IMG/VR virus record: IMGVR_UViG_3300025018_000269
Coordinates: 1 to 40,245 of that record
Length of the DNA: 40,245 nucleotides
Source: a virus
Lineage: Duplodnaviria; Caudoviricetes
Reading direction: 5' to 3' (one strand)
Each line of letters opens with the position of its first letter. The first letter of the stretch is position 1. The position numbers and the translations under genes were made by a program. Below the pieces are notes generated by a model. The model saw nothing but the letters and a program-made list of their open reading frames with translations, was not told the DNA's origin and ran no database searches. This document shows, in pieces, positions 32,961 through 40,245 of this stretch.

Positions 32961-35900
32961 ATGCGCGCCAACCGGTACGTCAGTTATCTCGCAGCAGAAA
33001 TCGAACCCAAGGCCATCCAGACCATCAAGCGGTTTGAAGACCAGACCGAACGGGTTTTCTCAAAAATTGACGCACTGAAATCACGGTCCCGGATCGATGC
33101 CGGCCTCGTGTCCTCCAACACGCGCGCCGTCGCCTCGCTCAAGAAGACCGATACAGCGCTGGCCAAGACGCGCACCGAACTCACCGGCGCGTCGGTGGCG
33201 ATGCGCCAGACCGCCCGTTCCGCCGATGTAATGAGCATTGGCCTGTCCCGCGCCGGATCTGCGCTCCAAGTCGTGCAGGGCCCGCTCGGCCCGCTGGCCG
33301 GCCGGCTCACTGCCCTTGGCGCAATCTTCCGGTCCCTGGCCGGCATAGGGCTTGCCGGCGTCCTCGCCGGCGGCGGCGCGTTCGGTTTGGGAGGCGTGGC
33401 ATCCAGCTATCAGAACGTGACGGACAAGCTGCGGCCGTTCTATGAAACGCAGCAAGAAACCAATGCTGCGATGAATGAGGTCGTTGGTATCGCGAATCGG
33501 TCCCGGCAGGCGCTGGAGCCCGTCGCCGAACTCTATAACAAAATCACCCAGGCCAGCCGGGATGCAGGGATTGAGCAGTCCCGAAACGCCCGGATCATCG
33601 AGACGGTGGCGAAAGCCGGACGGCTCAGCGGCGGCTCGGAAGAAAGTCAGAAGGCCGGCCTTACCCAGTTCAGCCAGGGTTTCGGGTCCGGCATTCTTGG
33701 CGGTGAAGAACTGAAATCTGTCCGGGAAAACACGTTCCGGCTGGCAAAGGCGATCGCCGACGGTTTGGACGTGCCGATCGCCAAACTCAAGGAACTGGGC
33801 GCGGAAGGCAAGCTCACGCCGCAGGTCATCGCAGAAGCGCTGGAGCGGTCCGCGGATCAGATCGAGCTTGAATATTCCCGGCTGCCCAAAAGGATCGGGT
33901 CCAGCCTTACCGAACTTGGCACCAATTTCTCGGTATTTGTGGGGCAGCTGGATGAGTTCACCGGTACCACGACCGCCGTGGCCACCGTCCTGTCTGGCCT
34001 CGCCAACAATCTCGACACTGTGGCCGCGGCCGGCGCTGCTGCCCTGATCGCGTTCAACGGCCGCGCCCTCGTGTCCGGATTGGCAAGTGTATCTGGAGGC
34101 CTGCAAAGCTATATCGGCAATATCAACAAAGCGGTCCAGGCAAAGCGGTTCCTGAATGAACAGCAGGCATCTGGAAACCTTCTCTATGCCACCGAAGTTT
34201 CGCGCCTCAACGCGACAAATGCGGCCGGTGCGTCGCGTGTCGCGAGCCTGAATGCCCGCAAGGCGGCGCTGCAGGACAATCTGCGCTTGCTGGATGCTCA
34301 GGAAATCAAGGAGCGAAAGTCGCTATCGACCGCGAACCAGCTGTTCGTGGCGCAGCAGTCCCAGTCGAGCGCCACGATCGCGAAGACGAAGGCGGTCAAG
34401 GGCGCGGAGGACGAACTGACCCGGACCCGGCTAGCCCGGTACCGCCTGGCGCAGCAGCTCGCAGCAGTGGAAACCCAGCTTGGCGCCGCAAACACCAGGC
34501 TTGCAGCGACGACTGCGGCCGCAACCGCCGCGCAAGTCCAGCAGAACGCAGTAATGAGCACTGCCCTTGCCCGTTTCCCTCGCCTAGCCAGCGTCGTGAA
34601 TGCAGTCACCGTATCGGCTGCAGGACTGCGCGCAGGGCTTGGCGGGCTCACTGCCTTCATGGGCGGGCCGCTTGGTATTGCATTGGCGGTCGCGGCTGGG
34701 GGGTACATCTATCTCGCTTCCCAGACAGATGAAGCGCTCGAGGCTTCCAAGCGGTTCGAACAGTCACAGAATGGACTCCAGGATGAACTGGGGCAAACGA
34801 CCGAAATGCTTGCCGGCGCGTCGGCAGCAGCGCGGCAGTTCGCGGTTGATATGCGTATCGCCGCAGCAGAAGAATCGAAGCAGAAGTTCAGGAAGGCGGA
34901 AGACAGCCTGACCAGGTCGTTTGATGTAGGTTCTCGGGGGATTATAGGGGCAGATGCCAAAAAAGCGCGGGATATTGTAGATGATCTGAACGAAACCGGA
35001 TTCAAATTTGAAAGAGATTACAAGCGCATCACAGATATTATGCGTAGGAATCCTGGTGCGTTCAAAGGAAACTTTACGACGCGATTGTTTGGTGTCGACC
35101 CGGCCGATGTACTGAAAAAAATATCGGGTGTGCGCCAGTCCGCGCGCGAATATTTGAAGACCGTCAAGGAACTGGATGAGATCCGCGATGCCGTGACATC
35201 GGCGCCGCCGCCTATCAATATCCCTACGTCTCGGACCAAGACCGAACTGAACAATGCTGCCGCGGAAGCCGCCGCCGTCGGGCAGCTTGCCAAGGAAACC
35301 GCCAAGCTCAAGACATTGCGCCAGCGCGGCAAGGCAGAAGGACAGTCCGAACAGGACTATATCGAGGAACTGTCTCAGCAGATCCAGCTGGTGAACGGCC
35401 TCAAGGAAGCAGAGAAGTCGCGCACGGCTGGCGCCAACGCAGCGTCAAAGGCGGAGCGTGCCCGGCTGGCGGCAGAGCGCAAGGCAGCAATTCAGGCGGA
35501 GCGGTCGCGCGACAATCGCTCCAAGCTCGAGAATGCCATTGGCCCATATGAAGATGCCCCGGATCAGCTGGAGAAGCTCGAAAAGACCAAGCGCCAGATT
35601 GCCGACTTGATCGGCGAGCAAGTCGAGGGATTCGGCACGTTCAGCATTGCCAACTTCAAGGAAATTGCCGACACGCTCGACCAGTCGATTCGCAAGCCGA
35701 TAGAGGATATTCTCCAGGCCCAACTCCGCGAGCTCGAAGTCAGCAAGCTGATCGCGACCGGCCGGGAAGAGGAAGCCCGGCTCCTGCAGATCAAATACGA
35801 CCTGGTCGACCGGATCGGGGATGTCGAGGACGATGACCTGGACACCATTCTCGACAATATCCGCGCGCAGCAGGAGGTCAATGACCTGATCGAACAGCGC

Positions 35901-37817
35901 GGACGGCTGGTCGACAATTACGCGCGGCTCGCCGGTACCGCAGGGGATGCCCTGCAAGGGTTGTTCCGGGACAGCTTGGGCGGAGATGTGGCTGGCGGTC
36001 TCAAGAATTTCGCCAATAATATCAAAAATGCATATCTTGACGCGCTTTCGCAAGAATTCCGGATAAAGTTGATCGGCGATCCGGAGAAGAAGGCTCGGGA
36101 CGAATTGACCCGGAACATGAATTCGTCGGCGAAGGGATTGACGGACGCCGGCACAAAGCTCGACCAGGCCGCGGTCAGCCTGATGGACGCAGCTGCTGCG
36201 CAGACGGACAAGATTCTGTCGCAAACAGGCATCAACGGTCCCGCTCCGGTAAAAACCGAAGTGAGCGACGGAATGCAGAAGGTGGCGGCGACTATCGCCG
36301 GCCTGGACGCCCCGGCCGACGCGCTGGACTCCGCAGCAGGGAAGCTCGAAGTTGCCGCGGAGCGGATGAACCAGGATATCGTCGTCAATGGCCGGCTGCC
36401 GGCGCAAGACGAAAGCTTGCCCGACTCGCTGGGCAGTTTCATCGACAAGGGCATCAGCGGACTGGTCGGCGGTGTCTTCGGGGCATCCAGCCCCATCACC
36501 AAGGCGCTGGGCAGCGTGGGCAAGATTGCCGAAGCGGCCGCATTCGGTTCGCTGGGCGGCGGTCTCGCGCAGGGACTTGGCGCCGACACGTCATCGCTTG
36601 GGTCGTCCATCGGCGGGGTTGCCGGTAAGGCGATCGGCGCGGAGCTTTTCAGCAGCCTTGGAATGTTCGCCGGCCCGCTGGGCGCGATCGCGGGCGGTCT
36701 GATCGGCGGCGTCGTCGGAGGGCTGTTCAAGAAGAAGAAATACGGCACCGCGGTGGTGACCGGCGGCGACCCGGCGTCAATAGTCGGCAATGACGGCAAT
36801 GCCCGGCAGGCGGCGGACACGTTGGCCGGCGAGGTCCAGTCAGGGCTGATGCGAATCGTTGATGCCCTTGGCGGCGAGCTTGGGCGCTTCAACCTGTCCA
36901 TTGGTCAATATAAGGGCAAGTTCCGCGTTTCGACGACCGGCCGGACCGGCAAACTAAAGGGCGGCAGCGGACGGCCGGATATCGTCGATTTCGGCGAAGA
37001 CGGTGCTCAGGAGGCTGTAGCTTTCGCAATTCTCGATGCTATCTCTGACGGCGCCGTCCAAGGGATCCGTGCGTCGACCCAGCGCTTGCTGCAGGCCGGC
37101 GATGACCTGGAGCGGGCCCTCGACCAGGCCTTGCGCTTTGAAAGCGTCTTCACCCGGCTCAAGAGGTTCAAGGATCCGGTCGGCGCCGCGGTCGACGATG
37201 TGAACAAGGAATTCAGGTCCCTGATCAAGATCTTCGGTGAAGCCGGCGCGTCGGCCGCGGAATATGCTGATCTGGAAGAGCTTTACGGTTTCGAGCGCGC
37301 CGCTGCCATAGAGCAGGCCAGCAACTCCGCTGTGTCGGCTCTGGATGATTTCATCACGCGGATGACGTCATCATCGGAAAGCCCGCTGTCACGCCGGGAT
37401 GTCTATGACAACGCGCGCTCCGATGTCGAAGAGTACCGGGCGGACATCGAGGCCGGCAAGCTGGTCAACCAGGACGAACTGATCACGGCGCTGGAGAATT
37501 TTCAGGAAGCGTCTCGCGAGCTTTATGGCAGCAAGGCTGGCTTCTTCGCCGATTTCGACGACATCCTTGATCTTGCTGCCAAGGCGCGGGATGCGTCCAG
37601 TGTGACCGGCTCAACCGGTACCCTGCCGGCGAGCCCGTTTGAAGAAGATTCGTACCTGATCCAGCGCGACCAACTGAATGCGATGTATTCTCAGTCAGAG
37701 ACGTTGAAGCAGATCCTCGCCGCGCTGCAAAATGGCGGTGCGTCCCCTTATCAATATGGCGGGGGCGGTGGTGGTTCCGGTGTATTAGCGATGCTCCCAT
37801 ATTTGAATTTTGTGTAA
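32961..37817 (+). CDS. Tail tape measure protein
   Basis: About 1618 aa, Ala/Gly-rich; N-terminal tape-measure motif QFSQGFGSGILGGEELKSVREN; hydrophobic GG-rich segments. Confidence 0.95.
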   Translation: MRANRYVSYLAAEIEPKAIQTIKRFEDQTERVFSKIDALKSRSRIDAGLVSSNTRAVASLKKTDTALAKTRTELTGASVAMRQTARSADVMSIGLSRAGSALQVVQGPLGPLAGRLTALGAIFRSLAGIGLAGVLAGGGAFGLGGVASSYQNVTDKLRPFYETQQETNAAMNEVVGIANRSRQALEPVAELYNKITQASRDAGIEQSRNARIIETVAKAGRLSGGSEESQKAGLTQFSQGFGSGILGGEELKSVRENTFRLAKAIADGLDVPIAKLKELGAEGKLTPQVIAEALERSADQIELEYSRLPKRIGSSLTELGTNFSVFVGQLDEFTGTTTAVATVLSGLANNLDTVAAAGAAALIAFNGRALVSGLASVSGGLQSYIGNINKAVQAKRFLNEQQASGNLLYATEVSRLNATNAAGASRVASLNARKAALQDNLRLLDAQEIKERKSLSTANQLFVAQQSQSSATIAKTKAVKGAEDELTRTRLARYRLAQQLAAVETQLGAANTRLAATTAAATAAQVQQNAVMSTALARFPRLASVVNAVTVSAAGLRAGLGGLTAFMGGPLGIALAVAAGGYIYLASQTDEALEASKRFEQSQNGLQDELGQTTEMLAGASAAARQFAVDMRIAAAEESKQKFRKAEDSLTRSFDVGSRGIIGADAKKARDIVDDLNETGFKFERDYKRITDIMRRNPGAFKGNFTTRLFGVDPADVLKKISGVRQSAREYLKTVKELDEIRDAVTSAPPPINIPTSRTKTELNNAAAEAAAVGQLAKETAKLKTLRQRGKAEGQSEQDYIEELSQQIQLVNGLKEAEKSRTAGANAASKAERARLAAERKAAIQAERSRDNRSKLENAIGPYEDAPDQLEKLEKTKRQIADLIGEQVEGFGTFSIANFKEIADTLDQSIRKPIEDILQAQLRELEVSKLIATGREEEARLLQIKYDLVDRIGDVEDDDLDTILDNIRAQQEVNDLIEQRGRLVDNYARLAGTAGDALQGLFRDSLGGDVAGGLKNFANNIKNAYLDALSQEFRIKLIGDPEKKARDELTRNMNSSAKGLTDAGTKLDQAAVSLMDAAAAQTDKILSQTGINGPAPVKTEVSDGMQKVAATIAGLDAPADALDSAAGKLEVAAERMNQDIVVNGRLPAQDESLPDSLGSFIDKGISGLVGGVFGASSPITKALGSVGKIAEAAAFGSLGGGLAQGLGADTSSLGSSIGGVAGKAIGAELFSSLGMFAGPLGAIAGGLIGGVVGGLFKKKKYGTAVVTGGDPASIVGNDGNARQAADTLAGEVQSGLMRIVDALGGELGRFNLSIGQYKGKFRVSTTGRTGKLKGGSGRPDIVDFGEDGAQEAVAFAILDAISDGAVQGIRASTQRLLQAGDDLERALDQALRFESVFTRLKRFKDPVGAAVDDVNKEFRSLIKIFGEAGASAAEYADLEELYGFERAAAIEQASNSAVSALDDFITRMTSSSESPLSRRDVYDNARSDVEEYRADIEAGKLVNQDELITALENFQEASRELYGSKAGFFADFDDILDLAAKARDASSVTGSTGTLPASPFEEDSYLIQRDQLNAMYSQSETLKQILAALQNGGASPYQYGGGGGGSGVLAMLPYLNFV

Positions 37818-37826
37818 AGGTCTGAA

Positions 37827-40245
37827 ATGAGAAATATTCTTTGCCTGATTGAGCCCGTCGACCAGGACACGGGTGAAGCTGTTTCAGTCCGCGTAGCGTG
37901 GACGCTGAACGCAACGGTTGCTAGCGCCGACGGTGTGCCGTGGCTCAATCTTTTCGAGCGTGCGCCGCGGCTGGGGATGACCCTGTCCGATGATGATTTC
38001 AGCGGTACCACCGCTTACGCGCGCGGAGATGCCAATCTGAACCTGAGCCGTATCGCAAATGTGGAACGTCTTTTCTGGAAGAACGCGCGGATCCGCATCT
38101 GGTCTGGCACCGGGAACCGGACGAGCGCCATGTCCGTAATCATGGATGGCAAGATCGTTGACGGTGTCCCCGCGCCAGACTCTCGCGAAATGTCCATCAA
38201 ATTCGAGAATGACCGGGACATTATCGACCGGGCCCTGCTTTATCTGAAATACACCGGTGGCGGCGGGCTGGGCGGCGAACCGGAACTGGCTAACCAATTC
38301 AAGCCGGCCGGCTTCGGCTCCCCTTTCAACGTCGAGCTCTTCTTCATCGATAACGTCAATCTGGTTGCTCAGCTGGATGGCTATGGCAATATGGAGGGCT
38401 GTGAAGGTCTTTATGAAGACGGAGGCTCGTTCGGGCCCAGCTCGGGAAACTTCGCCAATTACGCTGCTTTGGTCGCCGCAGATCTGCAGCCAGGACAGTG
38501 GGCGACGAGCTTCGCAGATGGACTGGTCCGCCTGGGCGCGCCACCATCGGGGAAAATTACTGCCGATCCCGTATTCGGCTACGGCCGGCCGGGAGAGTTC
38601 GCTATCCGGTTGCTCGCGCATGCCCAGATCGCTCCGGAAAAGATCAGGGGTACGGAGTGGCTCAACATTCAGGCGCAAGCCGATGCTCTTTGCGGTGAGC
38701 AATGCAAGGTCGACTATTGGTCGCGCAGTTCTGAGCGGGTCAAGCAGCTGCTCGAGCGGCTGATGTCTTCTCTGAACGGGATGCCCGTCCTGCACCCGGA
38801 CGGCACGATCGGCGCTACCCGGATCCCCGGCGGGTCGCAGCAGTTGGAAATGAACAGGCAGAATGCCGTCCACCGGATCACCAATTGGCAGACGACGTCT
38901 CCGCCGCAGGTGACCCATGCATTGAGCATGTCGTCGGAAAAAACCTATCTGGTCCACACAGCCGATGAAATCGATTACGAATCCGATATCGTTCTGCGCG
39001 GAGACTTTGATACGCTCGAGACATACCGTGTGGGCCACGTCGTTTTTGGCCCCAGCCGTGCGCAATGGCTCTTTACCAGCAACACGCCAAAAGCGGGAAG
39101 CGCGGCCCCCCTCCCCGTGCTGCCGGCAACATCGAACGCGAACTGGGCTCTTTACGCATCCCCGGTCGACCTCGGTGATGCCGTCGGCAATCTCGACGAT
39201 ATTTCTGATGGCGTGATTCGCAAGGCAATGCTCGAGATAGAGCGCACGAAGCTGGCCACGGTCGATGAAGGTGCGGATGTCACCGGCGACAATAATGCGG
39301 GCGGCGTCACCGGCGGCGGTCCTTTCATCTTCAAGCCAAATTTGAACTGGGGCGATCCGGAATTCGTGGGCCGGCCGACCTGGGCCGTCGATGGTCGCCC
39401 GGGCCTTGGACTGGACAGCGCCGGCTACGTGACGTCAGGCATCAACACCGGGGGTCCGTACAAAATTTCGTCAGAAGAGCTGGCCGGCAATCAAGCGGGC
39501 AACGAATTGGTGCCTGATCCAGACTTCGCGCGCGGCGTCACGCTCCCTGCGTATAATAACTCTGGCGGCGTGGCGGTGCAGACGAGCATCGCAGCTGACG
39601 ACACAGCGCCAAACGGTTCGAAGAACAAGCTCGTCATCAGCTATAACGGCGCCGGGCCTGCCAGTCCGGGTTATGGCGGCTTTGGGCTGAACCTCACCCT
39701 GTCTACCGTAGCCAAGCCGGGTTTCTACGTCAAAGGCGCGGTGATCCAATATTATATCATTGCCAAAATTCCGGTGGGCCGTGATCTTGCTTGGGCATCA
39801 AACCCCTTCGGTACAGGCGGCACCTTCACTTGGCTTACCCCGACAGCCGGTACTGGCGCGTGGAAGGTCTACATGGCCAAGCAGTTCATCGGCACCACAG
39901 GTACATTTAGTAGCACTGGATTTTTCTACCTCACGGGCGGCGTAAATGCCGCGTTTACGTGGGAAGTGGCTCGCTTTTCCGCTATCCATCAGGGCGTGCC
40001 GACGCGCACCACTATCAGCAATAGCTTGGTTGACAGCACCGGAGCGCCGACAACTGACGCGGCGATCATTACCGGACAAGGTAACGCAAGTGGCGTCATC
40101 GGTGCTGGTCCCGCCCTCTTCGCAGCGGAGCAGGATGTTCTGAACTACCGCACAACTGGAGGGCAGACACAGATACCCTACCCGCGCGGAGGGTCTTATT
40201 CTGGCGCAGCGACCAGTATGGTCGGCGCTCTTCGAGTAGACCTTC
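37827..40245 (+). CDS. Tail tip / host-specificity protein (partial, runs off the window)
   Basis: ATG 37827 MRNILCLIEPVD...YTGGGGLGGEPELANQFKPAGFGSPFNVE; Gly/Thr-rich distal part with GADVT motif. The frame was read by hand at the start; openness to the window end is inferred from its absence in the ORF track. Confidence 0.8.
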   Translation, partial: MRNILCLIEPVDQDTGEAVSVRVAWTLNATVASADGVPWLNLFERAPRLGMTLSDDDFSGTTAYARGDANLNLSRIANVERLFWKNARIRIWSGTGNRTSAMSVIMDGKIVDGVPAPDSREMSIKFENDRDIIDRALLYLKYTGGGGLGGEPELANQFKPAGFGSPFNVELFFIDNVNLVAQLDGYGNMEGCEGLYEDGGSFGPSSGNFANYAALVAADLQPGQWATSFADGLVRLGAPPSGKITADPVFGYGRPGEFAIRLLAHAQIAPEKIRGTEWLNIQAQADALCGEQCKVDYWSRSSERVKQLLERLMSSLNGMPVLHPDGTIGATRIPGGSQQLEMNRQNAVHRITNWQTTSPPQVTHALSMSSEKTYLVHTADEIDYESDIVLRGDFDTLETYRVGHVVFGPSRAQWLFTSNTPKAGSAAPLPVLPATSNANWALYASPVDLGDAVGNLDDISDGVIRKAMLEIERTKLATVDEGADVTGDNNAGGVTGGGPFIFKPNLNWGDPEFVGRPTWAVDGRPGLGLDSAGYVTSGINTGGPYKISSEELAGNQAGNELVPDPDFARGVTLPAYNNSGGVAVQTSIAADDTAPNGSKNKLVISYNGAGPASPGYGGFGLNLTLSTVAKPGFYVKGAVIQYYIIAKIPVGRDLAWASNPFGTGGTFTWLTPTAGTGAWKVYMAKQFIGTTGTFSSTGFFYLTGGVNAAFTWEVARFSAIHQGVPTRTTISNSLVDSTGAPTTDAAIITGQGNASGVIGAGPALFAAEQDVLNYRTTGGQTQIPYPRGGSYSGAATSMVGALRVDL

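Noticed and set aside
34900-35160. AT-richer patch inside the tape measure gene
   Set aside because: The frame is uninterrupted and no intron or intein signatures are visible; at most mosaicism, which I cannot quantify by eye.

Overview
This window holds most of a lambda-like siphophage genome, probably from an alphaproteobacterial (Sphingomonadaceae-like) host; the host is inferred from protein style and base composition. It opens at the end of the late operon with a lysis cassette: membrane/holin candidates, an M23 endolysin and overlapping Rz/Rz1 spanins. A small lipoprotein moron and a bidirectional terminator follow. A leftward early arm encodes small membrane proteins, DUF5131, ASCH, a HerA-like ATPase, HU and a Bet/RecT recombinase. 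A rightward arm encodes a Cro-like protein, a GapR-like protein, RuvC, an adenine methyltransferase, DnaB, a replication initiator with iterons, the terminase pair split by a PAPS-reductase-family gene, lambda-type head genes, tail tube, a frameshifted tail chaperone, a tRNA-fMet cassette, the tape measure and a tail protein cut off by the window edge. An IS1111-type IS110 element (about 4750-6081) interrupts a 150-aa phage gene in frame, and its 3' non-coding end contains readable target and donor guide segments of a bridge/seek RNA that match this insertion site. No integrase, CI repressor or partition genes are recognisable. A 42-bp palindrome and a candidate anti-Shine-Dalgarno sRNA lie where att/int would be expected. 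All family assignments are by eye from motifs and synteny; no searches were run.
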